The translations under genes were made by a program, and so were the position numbers. A model generated the notes under the pieces. The model was given only the letters and a program-made list of their open reading frames with translations, ran no database searches and was not told the DNA's origin. A DNA stretch of 58,882 nt, filler included, from Circinaria calcarea (lineage: Eukaryota): NCBI GenBank assembly GCA_051942165.1. It is 3 parts of 3 records of this genome, joined end to end, with 100 filler letters (N's around TTAATTAATTAA, not from the genome) between each part and the next. Parts side by side here need not be neighbours in the genome. Positions count along the whole stretch, not along the records: positions 19,694 to 39,262 come from JAVECS010000202.1; 2 more parts are not named here. One strand, 5' to 3'. Of the stretch, positions 23,339-34,567 are shown one piece after another. The stretch's first letter is position 1. Every line of letters begins with the position of its first letter.

Positions 23339-23954
23339 AAGAGTGTAAAGTTCCGGAACAACCGCGGATTTTCCACGGTGTATCTATACTGTCTCTCTCC
23401 TTGAAAGATTTGTGTATAACCTAAATCTAAATGGTAGTAAATAAAGCTCCCTGAATAGAAAATCACAACCCTCACCTTTGCCAATTCCTCCTCCCTAAGA
23501 AATTTTTCCCTTACCTCGATACACTACCTCTCTCCCCTTTTCAACCCCCTTTCCCTCGACACAAATCCACCCTTCACCCTCGACCCACCTCCCCGCCTCT
23601 TTCTTCATTCATTCCATTTCGCGTCTGTTCCGTTCTGCCAGCCAGCTAGTCAGTTCCGAGCATGAATCGGCCACACAGAATGAGTTGGGGAGGAGAGGAG
23701 CTGCAAGGGAGAACGGGGGGAGGGGAGGGATACGAATACGTTAGGGCCCCGAGGAAGAAAGAAGAAGAAAGAAAAGAGGTCCGATACCTCCCTCCTCTTC
23801 CTCTCCAGCATTCCCTTGTCTCCAGCATCAAGCATATTCCGTTCCTGCTGCATAGTGTTCCTCCCTCACAGGTATTCGAAGATAGAGCCTGTTTACTTGC
23901 TGCAGGGACAGCATTGTAGTGACGGTGATCTCATAAGGTGATCTGTCAAGATCG

Positions 23955-24345
23955 TAGAGTCTGGAGGGATTCTAAAGAAATCGACGGGGCCGTCTTGGAT
24001 CGTATGGTAGCAGTATAGAGCTAGCAGAAATGGTAATCCACTACCAACTACAGAATCACAGCCCGGGCAGTCACAATATGATCTTCTCATCTCTGCTTCT
24101 TAGCTATTGTGTTCTTCAATGCGTAACCGTGCCCCTGATTTTATACTCACAGGTCTTACACTATAGCCACGTTTCCAGTTCTGAATTCCTAGTCTCTCTC
24201 TGCGTACATAGAAGTAGGTGCCTAGTGTAAGCAAAGGACCCGCGCGAGCTATGTCGGTTTCCTTCTCCCTGAGGCGTTACCCGCCATGTATGCATCCTTG
24301 TTGTGCCTTCGTGGCCCTATGTCATGTAATATAGGGGTGCTGGAG
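23955..24345 (+). repeat. Diverged direct repeat, copy 1
   Basis: Colinear blocks shared with 25490-26090: AGCTAGCAGAA, AGCTATTGTG.TCTTCAAT, TTCCTAGTCTC..CTGCGTACAT, AGGTGC.TAG.GTAAG, CCCGCGC.AGC.ATGT, CTTC.TGGCC.T...ATGTAAT. Confidence 0.7.
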
Positions 24346-24801
24346 TTGGTTGTAACAAAACGTCATACCGCGGCTTATAGCTTCCTCTAAACTAATTAGG
24401 AATCGCGTTGCTCAAAGGTGCAGGGCCGTGCCACCCTTGCTTCATTATTCATGTGTAGGGACAAAGGTAGTAAGGTGAGAATTGTTGTGGGCTTGAATAA
24501 TAAAGTCCAACACTCTTTATCATGCAGGTAGTTGCAGGAACAAAGGACGATCCAGTTGCTTCCATAAGCTTCACCTGCATCTCTTTCATCAGCTAAAATA
24601 AAAAAAAACAAGCCTGGGCCTCTTAAATTTAAGCCTCCTTTCTTCACGATAACTGGGGCAGAGTTGACCGAAAAGGGACCAGAGGATAAGCCACAGCATC
24701 TTTTGCAACCTACTTCAATACCAAGGTCTCTCCATGCATTTTCCTTCTACAGACCTTGAGTAACAACTTGTGTCTAGTTTGTCCCTCTTCTTCGGATCAG
24801 G

Positions 24802-25293
24802 ATGTCAAGACTTCAGCGACTTCTTGAGTCGATTTCCAAAGGCATGAACAACCAAGCTTTACAGACAGTAATCACTGCCGGTCTTCCCGTATGGATGAAT
24901 ACAAGATTCAATAGGATGGATGCAAGATTCAATGCAGGATTCAATAAGGTGGATGCAAGATTCAACGAGGTGGATGTAAGATTCAACGAGGTGGATGCAA
25001 GATTCAACGAGATGGATACAGGATTCAATGCAAGATTCAACGAGGTGGATGCAAGATTCAACGAGATGGATATAGGATTCAATGCAAGATTCAACGAGGT
25101 GGATGCAACATTCAACGAGATGAATACAAGATTCAACAGGGTGGATGCAAGATTCAACGAGATGGATGTGGCTTTCGATAAACTCAAAGTAAGACTTGAA
25201 TCAAAGATAGACAGCCTTCGCTGGGAACTATTTGGACAAAAGCCGACAGGAGCCAGCATGCAGACCAAAGGGCTGAAGGTATTTCTCTCCTAA
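24802..25293 (+). CDS. Heptad-repeat coiled-coil protein (RFNEVDA)n, 163 aa, intronless
   Basis: About 12 R-F-N-E-V/M-D-x heptads (21-bp units, ~24895-25170) with three xFNA 4-residue inserts; open frame. Confidence 0.7.
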   Translation: MSRLQRLLESISKGMNNQALQTVITAGLPVWMNTRFNRMDARFNAGFNKVDARFNEVDVRFNEVDARFNEMDTGFNARFNEVDARFNEMDIGFNARFNEVDATFNEMNTRFNRVDARFNEMDVAFDKLKVRLESKIDSLRWELFGQKPTGASMQTKGLKVFLS

Positions 25294-25489
25294 AATTGTA
25301 ATTTCGCTCGATGGCCAGTATGGTCGTATCGAGTAAGCCACCCCTTGTAATGCTATACACGCCACCTCTCTTCATAAAACCGAGCATTCACATGGTGTTA
25401 ATACCTCCGTCTTGATATAATAAGCCTTCTGATTTGTTGTAGGAATAGTACTAATCTGAATATAGTGATAAGATACCAACGACGTTCAG

Positions 25490-26090
25490 CAAGAGTCTGT
25501 GGAGGCGAGTCTGAATTGTCCATTAGATCGCATTGGCCAAACGGCCTTATCCAAATAGAGAACATGGGATGGTATGGGAGTATTACACAGCTAGCAGAAT
25601 TGTAGTACAGCAACAATCGAGGGCCTGGCCAGAGCAGTCCTGGATGTTGAAGGTTTCGCACGGAATGGCAGCCGGAAGCTGAATTACCTGTATGGCTAGA
25701 CCTTCTACTCTCATCTCCTCAGCTATTGTGATCTTCAATACATACTCGTCCACCTCTGATCATACCCTCTTAAATCCAAGGCCATAACCATGTTGCTACT
25801 TCTCAGTTCCTAGTCTCCCTGCGTACATGGACGCAGGTGCTTAGCGTAAGTAAGATCCCGCGCAAGCCATGTGTAGTCATCTTTTCATACAAGAGGTTTA
25901 CCGTCAATATATTCTTGATATACCTCAAACGTGAAGCTTAATAAGACTTCCATCATCCAGTTACCCTTGCGGATGAGACTGTATCCAAGTCAGCGGTTCT
26001 GCTAGCCTTGATAGACTGTGGGGTGCTTTAAAGTCTAGTCAGTGATCGCTTCATGGCCTTGTATTATGTAATGCAGATGCAACTGGAAAT
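25490..26090 (+). repeat. Diverged direct repeat, copy 2 (with extra internal sequence)
   Basis: Same blocks in the same order as 23955-24345. Confidence 0.7.
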
Positions 26091-27524
26091 GAAGGGTATG
26101 GATATCGACAGAAGAAAGAATGGCAAGCCCTAGATATAGAGATATTAGGTTGAGCCAGTTTGATGTGTGTATAAACTATTGCCGGGTTCCCTGGGTACAG
26201 AGCTAGGCTAGTGAGACACTCTACCCTGCAGAGATCGCAATGCACGCTGTGGAGCGTATATATTGGCACGCTACTATATGGCTTATTTATGACTTCCATC
26301 TGTAGCTTACGTGGTAGAACCTCTACCATTAATGACAGCAAAATCCTCTTCTCAATGCTGGCGTCAATTCGGGAATACAGGCTATGGCGATGTCTCCGGG
26401 GGCCGCTCATATAGCTCCCACTGTCTGTGCGACAGTGACAACTACGGTAGATAGACTACGCTAAGTACATAGCTATGGGTTGTGCGAAAGGAAGTTTCAA
26501 TGGTTAACATCCTGCGGAAATGCGAAAATGCGAGACAGCAGAAACGCCAAAGCATCAGTTCCCAAGTGCCTTGATCGCCTAGCCACATCGCTGTCGCAAC
26601 AAGGTCGCCACCACAGCGCTGATGGCAAGAAGGTCTAGTACAATGACCATGGTTAGAATGGGTACGGCAACAAAGTCACGACCATAGCAGCAGTAACGCT
26701 ACTACAGCTCAATCATTACCTCCAAGTGGCATCGGGTATCTGCATAAGATGACATTGCAGATTCTTCGGCGTTAAAAAGGCTTCTTTTCTGACCATGTTA
26801 TCGGTTGGAATGGCAAGGAGCGGGAAGAGAATCTCCCCCCCCCCGCCGGACTCGGTTTTTCCTCTCACCCTTTGGTGTCAGGGTGCCGTTGACGGCAAAT
26901 GGGCGGATGAAAGAGGGTTGCGGAGGTGGTAGGATAACTTTAGGAAGCGGGTATTATGATTATATAAAATAACAAGGAAAAGGGATAACTTTTTTCTTCT
27001 GTTCTTGGAGAAGGGGGCAATTTGGATGTGCAGAAAGGGGCAGAGGCAGGGAAGAGGGAATAAGGACGACAAACCGGAGGTGTTTATCGTATTTCCGTTA
27101 ATATAGTCATGGGCAGCCACGCACCGGCCTACCTACCTCGGCTTGAGCCCTCGATGAACCACAAGTCAGAAGGAAACCCGCGGTACAGAGCATGTCAATG
27201 CAGAACACGCCGGTTGTAGATGTCAGAGACGCGTAGGTCAGTATGCTACTATATGAAAAAACCGTTGGCTACTTCTAGCGTCATGTTCGCCCTCGGTGTA
27301 TTTAAGCTTTCTTGCCTCTTCCTGTATGCATTTAGTACAAGTGTTATAGGTAGAAATGGTGGTTGTAGAACTTGTATATATTTGTTTGTTTGTTTGTCAA
27401 AGTGGGCAAATCTGAGTACACCAAAGGTTCCTCTTATCCCTTTTATCCCACCTTGTTCTGTACTGCAGCCACATCCGTTATCCATCTATCACTCCCAACC
27501 CCTTTCCCGCTCCCACTCCTGCAC

Positions 27525-28628
27525 TCACCACTCACAATCCTCCAGCATATCGTAATATGACTCCTTATGCGCCCTTGCGTTCTCCTTGCCATGTCGTTCC
27601 CAGTGATGTGAGTCACAATCACTAGGGTCTACCAAAGATTTTACTTTTGGTGGTTTTTTGAGAGGGGTGATTGAACATTTAGGGGTTGCAACTGGTGGAG
27701 CTGGTAAAATGAGACCTAGATCTTCTAGGTCTTCTTCCGTAAAAGTAAGGTCTTGGGTGGAGATGAATGGGATTTCCAAGGTGGTTGAAAGGGCGGGCTT
27801 TGCGTATAGGTTTGATGATTGAGTGTTTGAGTTTGGAGGCTTCGGTGGTGACTGAGGATTGGCTGCGATAGCCGGGGCCTTTGAGTTGGAGCCAGTGCCT
27901 TCGTAGTCTTCGAGGTCTTGTGATGAGAGGAGAGCGAGGTATTCTGCGACGTCATGAATGGAGGGCTGTGATGCAGGCAGCGCTGAGGCGCGGGAGTGTG
28001 GAAGAAACCGAGGAGGATGAGGAGGAGGAGGAGGAGGAGGAGGAGGGTTTGTGTTGGTGGAGGAGGATATTTCGCGTGCTATCTGTGTGCTGCTGTCGAA
28101 GAACAAAGCCCAGTCTTCCTCGTCGAGTTGGGGTGCAGGAAGGCTCTTTGGGTTGGGGATGAGATGTGGTCCATTGGCAGCTTCATTATCTTTGGAGGCC
28201 ATATTAGGAGGAAGTTCCTTTAGAGGCTCCCTCTTTGATGGGCTCTTCTCGCCTTCTTCTTTGGCAGAATCCACCTCTATCTTCCTTCGCTTCGCACATC
28301 CCTTCCGCCCGCCCTCTCCCGGCCCATCTTTCTGTCCAAAGAAGACGCCGATTCTGACCTGCCTGGGGCTAAGTTTGTCCTCCGCTTCGGCTTCCAATCC
28401 CATTCTCCTCCTCGTATCGCGATCCTTCTGCTCCCTCTCTTCTTTTTTCTTTCGATTAATGCGCCGCTGCCTGTCCTTTTCCTTGATGCGGTCTGCACGT
28501 TCTCGAAGCTGCTCCGCACGCTGCAGTCGACGCCGTTCGGCATCTGAGATGCGGGGACCGGATGCTTTCTGGTATGCCTTTTTGGCTTGGCGGAGTGTCT
28601 GCGGTTTCTGCGGAATAGGGACAGGCAT
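27525..28628 (-). CDS. Hypothetical protein, 367 aa (basic coiled-coil N-terminus, poly-Pro, disordered)
   Basis: Long ORF; PQTLRQAKKAYQK..RISDAERRRLQRAEQLRERA; repeated SSTQ/SSQDL/STQDL motifs. Confidence 0.8.
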   Translation of the reverse strand: MPVPIPQKPQTLRQAKKAYQKASGPRISDAERRRLQRAEQLRERADRIKEKDRQRRINRKKKEEREQKDRDTRRRMGLEAEAEDKLSPRQVRIGVFFGQKDGPGEGGRKGCAKRRKIEVDSAKEEGEKSPSKREPLKELPPNMASKDNEAANGPHLIPNPKSLPAPQLDEEDWALFFDSSTQIAREISSSTNTNPPPPPPPPPHPPRFLPHSRASALPASQPSIHDVAEYLALLSSQDLEDYEGTGSNSKAPAIAANPQSPPKPPNSNTQSSNLYAKPALSTTLEIPFISTQDLTFTEEDLEDLGLILPAPPVATPKCSITPLKKPPKVKSLVDPSDCDSHHWERHGKENARAHKESYYDMLEDCEW

Positions 28629-29088
28629 AGTTGACGGACGTTCAGTGGTTTGAAGAGAAATACAGCCGAATCACGTTACACACCATCTCCGACGTAATTG
28701 GTGTTTAGGGCATTGAATAGTTATGGCCGTAAGAATTGTAGGATGTTCCTCGATACTGTTGATTGATCGGAATGAGGGGCATATCCGACTGTGGGGTATC
28801 AGCTAACCCGCTACCTAGTCCTTTCCTGCAACAATACCTCTATACCTAATATGGAAGCGGCAGATTCGACTTGGGCTGAAGCGTCCTTTTCACGTTACCA
28901 GAGTGTTCCGAGTAGCAGGATTTGCACATCTAGATTACAGATATCTAGGTAATCGCCTGACACGAAACAACAATAGGACAATTCATGTCGCAGCACAAAA
29001 CTAGCTAGGGTATAGTCAATGATCACACGATAGCGCCCGTCTGGGTATTTGGACATTCCATGCTCTCTTCAGAATCCATATACGTCCA

Positions 29089-31156
29089 TCAGAACATATC
29101 AGTCAGAGCCCCATGACTCGCATCTCCAACCAAGTAAGAGTATTTGGCTAGCACGCCCCTTGTGACGGTTCTTTTCGGGCGTGTCCAGGCTCTCAACCGT
29201 TCTGCAACTTCGGCTTCACTAACGTCCATGCTTAGCTCGTTCGTCTCTGCGCTGATAGTCACCATGTCCCCATCTCGGACTACTGCAATCGGTCCACCTA
29301 CCGCGGCCTCCGGAACAACGTGACCCACGATGAAGCCATGGCTAGCGCCACTATAACGTCCATCTGTGACGAGAGCCACGTTCCTAAGTTTCGCGCCCAT
29401 AAGAGCGGCACTGGCTTTCAGCTGCTCTGGCATCCCGGGTCCACCTTTAGGCCCTTCATAGCGGACAATAAGGACAACGTTCTCTCCGTGCTTGATTTCA
29501 CCTTTGTTCAGTGCAGCATCAAGCTGAAATTCCTTGTCGAAGACACGGGCTTTGCCGATAAATTTGGTGCCTTCTTTACCGGTGATTTTAGCGACAGCAC
29601 CTCCCGGCGCGAGATTGCCACGCAGAACCTGTAGGTGGCCTGTTGATTTGATTGGATTTGAAAGTGGACGGATGATAACTTGGTCTTGTGAGAGGGATGG
29701 GAAGGATTCGACATTCTGTGCCAGTGTCTTGCCCGTAACCGTGGGAATGCCACCATCCAAGAGACCGGCTGCAATGAGAAGCTTCTGCACAGAAGGTATG
29801 CCACCAACGTCATAAAGGTCTGCCATGTAGTATTTGCCGCTTGGTGCGAGATCTGCGATAAAAGGGATCTTGTCGCTAACGCGTTGGAAGTCATCGAGTG
29901 TTAATGGTACCCCTGCGGTAGCCGCCATTGCGAGGAAGTGCACAACCCCATTAGTGCTACCGCCCAAAGCCATTGTTATGACCATTGCATTTTCGAAAGA
30001 GCGTTTCGTTAACAAATCGCGAGGTTTGATGTTCTTCTCCATACATATCCTAATGATTTCTGCAGACTTCACGCATTCACGCATCTTTGCTGGTGACGTA
30101 GCAGGAGTTGATGAAGATCCAGGGAGGGTTAGACCCATTGATTCAATGGCTGTAGCCATCGTGTTCGCGGTGTACATCCCTCCACATGCACCAGCGCCCG
30201 GGCATGCATGGTGCTCGATGTCTTCCATGATCTCATCTTTGCTCTTCGTCCTATCTCCGCCATCGTCCGAGGGTTGCTTCAAGGCATCGTATAGATAGGC
30301 CCCATGAGCTTCATAGCAGGTGGAGATATTTATAGGCTTGCGGAGGAGATTGCTATAGCCGACAGCTATGGTGCCGCCGTAAATCATTAGCGACGGTCTA
30401 TTATGGCGAGCCATTGCCATGATACAGCCAGGCATGTTCTTATCACAGCCGGGCAAGGTAATGCAGGCATCATGATGTTGAGCACAAGTCACGGTCTCGA
30501 TGCTGTCGGCGATTATCTCCCGACTCTGCAAAGAGAACCTCATGCCTGAAAGGGTCAGCCGGATTTACGTAGATGTAGATACGGAGAACATACCTTCGCC
30601 TCCCATAGTGATAGCGTCCGACACGCCAATAGTGTTATATTGCCAAGCAAGCATCCCCTGCTTCTGAACAGCATCTTTGACGGTTCTCCCGAGGTCAAGC
30701 ACTTCAGCACGAAAGATCAGATTCTCGTATTTCTCTATCGAATTGGAGAAAGCTGGGGATATCCAACGCTTCCAAGATGTCACTCACAATGCATACTGTG
30801 ATACCCATCAGCGGGCCGCTACCATAGGGAAGGTCCTTTTTGACTTACTTGCACGGATTGCCCTCCCACCACACCGATGCCACGCCCACATGGGGACTGT
30901 TTTGCATTACTTCCCGGTTCGGTACCCCAGCTGCATAGAGCATGGCCTGTTCGAGATGTTAGGTAATATCTCGGCATGGTCCCCGATACGGTTGTCATAC
31001 TTGTGCGCCAGGAAAGTCGTGCTCGTTTGTGATGGTGGAAGAGTATTTATTGAGGGCCAGTTTCCCATTTCGCATTGTGCCATGTGGTAGATGTGGGAAA
31101 TCCAGAAATCGAGGTCCTTCGGGCTCATTCTGCTTCTGCAGGTTGGAGGGATCCAT
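29089..31156 (-). CDS. Dihydroxy-acid dehydratase (IlvD/Edd family, Ilv3-like paralog), 5 exons including an 8-nt microexon 30788-30795
   Basis: ATG 31156 in GCCACCATGG context; EGNPCNMHL, SREIIADSIE, PGCDKNMPG, GACGGMYTANTM, GGSTN, GNLAPGG, YEGPKGGPGMPE, TDGRYSGASHG. Confidence 0.95.
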
Positions 31157-32119
31157 GGTGGCGGTCTTGACCTGGTGGACGCTCTCGTAAAGGTCTTACC
31201 GGGTATACACTGAGTTCTCCTCTACTGCGTTCGGAAAGAATTCTGATCTTTCGAGGACCTTCGAGGACTGGGAGGATCCACAAGCCGGCTTTGTACCATA
31301 GTCCCCAGACGCTAATACCTGCCAAACAACTGGGCTTTACCGAAGGCTAGCCGTCGCGCATGCGGTCCGCCAGGTCTGAGGTGTCACAATGTCTTCTGCA
31401 GCTTTCCTGCATTGATTTGTTGGAGGGATAACCTCGTGGGCAGTCTGTAGCGTGCCGGACCGCGGTACTCTTTGGAGGGGATAGACTGCCGTACATCCGC
31501 GGTGTTCCAAGTGCCAGGTAAAAGGTTTTCCCTCTCGTAACTCCTTGCGGGGATGGTCCCCGCCTGACCATGTTTCTGTTCCCATTTCGTCCTTGCGGTC
31601 GACTATTTTTGGTTTCTAGCGGTTTTCCCCGGATCACCAAGACGGGACGTTCAATCAAGAGCCGTGGAACGTTTTGGCCAGGGGATTGGCTTAGGTAAGC
31701 GCACCGGCTTATGGTATCACTGATTGGAGGATCAAGACTAAGCACGTGTCCTTTTCCTTTGGAAGACCTCGAACATGTATACCGGGACGGAGCGCTGCAC
31801 TTTACCATGGCAGCGCATCAAGAGATCAGGTACCAATCCGCGGAAGGACGCGGTCCTCCGATCGATCGTCGGCTAGAGTAGACCATTCTGTGCAGCTGCA
31901 GCTACACAGGTACTCAATGACGAGGGACAGCATAAGCTTAATGTCAACCAGACCTCGCCTCGTTACCGGAAAGAACAATAGGGGGAAGGTGCCTGTCAGG
32001 GTCCTACGATTGTCTTCGCTTGTGTTACCCTAAGATAAGGCAAAACGTCTTAACAGTTCTAACCAATTGGCCCTGGGAAGTAGCATTTCGAAGATAGCCT
32101 TGACCGCTTCCTACAAGAT

Positions 32120-34567
32120 ATGCCGAGCTTACGCCCGGCTCAACTGTCTATGGCTGGACATCGGCTTTGGAAATTCTTGATTCTTCACTTGACGTGGGCG
32201 GCGATCGCTGAAGCTTCCGACTCTCACCTCGTCAATGCTTCGAAGACAATCTCCCAGACTATCGGTTGGTCTGCGCAGTATTCCTATGGGTTTGTCAAAG
32301 CTGCCCTCGCCAACCGATATAGTCGCATGATTCACGGTCACTTCGGGATCTGGGATATGGCGCAGCTGTTAGCTGCCTGTAGCATTCTCCCGGCCTTCAG
32401 GCTGTGGAGGAAGCGAACCACCAAGATGGAAGGGAAGGCCTCGGAGAGGGAGAGCATCAGTGAGAGGAAGAGTATCAGCGGCTCTACCCGGCATTCCGGC
32501 ATTTTTAGTGGAAGCGCCAAAAATGGTAAGTCTTTTTGCCGACAGTCACCCTGCGAGTCCATCCCTTTTGATTGCATTCAACCGTGATAGCTGGCCAGAA
32601 AGGTTGTCAGCTATCGAATTCCGGCGGGGGTGAATTGCCAATACTACTTCATGGACGAGCTGTGATTCAACCAAGCTTCGCTACTGACATCAGGAAGACC
32701 GGCCAGTCTCAAGGATAGCAGCAGTGCCAATCGAGAAGCGAGACTAACAGTTACTCTTCCAGGCACTCTCGTAGATCCGAGCTCGACAGATCCTGGTCTG
32801 CTCAGGAAGCACTCCACGTTCAAAACATACAGGACCAACATTGCTACATATCCTTCGATCCGAACCTTCTACCGTCCTCATCCACAAGCCGATAAGCTTC
32901 CCGATAAGCCCACACCCTTGCCGCTCCTCGTCTTCGTACATGGACTTGGGGGTTCCCTAGCTCAGTTCCACCCATTGCTTACTAGTCTCGTGAATGTTGC
33001 TCCGTGCCTTGGCATCGACTTACCAGGCTGCGGCCTTTCTCAATTCTCCCCCAAAGCCTGGGAGGCTTACTCTCCAGAAGCCCTGACCGAACTCCTACGC
33101 GTCGTTATCGAAGAACACTGTGATAGAAAAAATGACCAGGGAGTAATACTGATCGGGCATAGCATGGGATGCTCTTTATCTGCATATCTCGCCTCAACTT
33201 CTTCCGTGCACGCTCAGCTCACGATCAAAGTACTTGGGCTTATTGTGATCTGTCCCCGAGTTTCTACCCCTACACGTCAACAAATAGTCACGTTTCGAAG
33301 AATACTCCAAGTGCCAACCCTTGTTTTTGATCTTTGGCGCAAATGGGATCGCAGGGGAGGCACCCAGAGTGCAAGTGTGACCAGATTCGTTGGTCAGAGT
33401 GCTGACATTGAGACCAAGAAATTGCAAGAGAAATTCAATTCGCAAAGTCAAACAGCTGTATGGCGCAGGATGGCTTGGGGCATAATGCCAATCATTCGTT
33501 CTGATGGATCTATCTCGGGTGGTCTACCTGGACCAGAAATCTGGACAGGGGTAGCAGCCCCTTTATATCTTATCGCCGGTGAAGCAGATAATGTCACCAA
33601 ACCGGAGGAGATTGCAATCCTCAGCAAATTGCTAGGAAAAGTTCAAGATCCCATTTCTATGAAGTTTAAAGGTGGAGAAGCTCCGGTCCCAGACTCTGCA
33701 GGAGGCAATCCACAAGCAAACGACCCTAATAATAAGGAATCTGCCGATCATGATGAAAAGCATGGATTGGGCCTTTCAACAACAGAGACCACTTTGCTCA
33801 GAAGGGATGCCGCCCCCTCGCCTGTTCAAGCCCGTGGGAACGCAGCGGAGTCAAGGCACCGCCAGGTCTTAAAAACTAGCATTCTCCCAAGCCCAGCCAA
33901 TCATGCTTTGCTATATGATAACGCCACGTACCGAACTTTGGCTGGCTTGATACAGGCATTCCTCGCTGAACACATCGACGCTCGTTTGTCGCTTGGGTGG
34001 CAACTGCAGCATTTATCCACGGAAGGAAAATGGGACGTCAAGAACCTTCAAAAGTGGCAGGCAGTCACACCCGTCTCGGAACCTATTGGCGGGATCTTTA
34101 GAGCAATGAAAACGCTACGAGAAATTGATGAAAAGCACAGCCCGGCAATCTTTGTGAAGGATTGGAAGGACAAGATAAAGGCTGTAATTGACATTTCGCA
34201 CGAATCTCCTTGTTACGATCCCAGGGGCCTAGAAGCTGGGGGTATCGAGTATCACAAATTTCCTACAGTGTCCAAAATACCACCAACATCAGAAGAGGTC
34301 AGAGATTTCATTGGGCTTGTTGACCGACTCCGTGAACAGCAGAAGTCGAAAGACGACCTTCGGCTGATAGGTGTACACTGTCATTATGGATTCAATCGCA
34401 CAGGCTTCTTTGTCTGTTCGTATTTGATTGAGAAAGGCGGCTTTACGGTCCAGCAAGCCATTGAGGAGTTCCAAGCGAAGAGACCACCAGGAATTCGGCA
34501 TGATCACTTCATAGATACCCTTTTCGTTAGATATTGCGTTGGATTAAAGAGAGCACCGACACTATGA
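32120..34567 (+). CDS. Alpha/beta-hydrolase fused to a Cys-based dual-specificity (DUSP11/capping-enzyme RNA-triphosphatase-like) phosphatase, ~736 aa, exons 32120-32525 and 32763-34567
   Basis: VFVHGLGG, DLPGCGLS, GHSMG, AGEAD, PANH; C-terminal VIDISH..Y..HCHYGFNRTGF..F..RPPGIRH.HFIDTL; GTAAGT..CTAAC..CAG intron keeps frame; start codon uncertain (32120 or 32150). Confidence 0.9.

Noticed and set aside
24813..25268. Antisense 151-aa LNLAST-repeat ORF
   Set aside because: Stop-free shadow of the 21-bp repeat; the plus-strand heptad pattern is more protein-like
29089..31156. Aspterric-acid-type cluster with a DHAD self-resistance gene
   Set aside because: No terpene cyclase, P450 or other biosynthetic core gene on this piece
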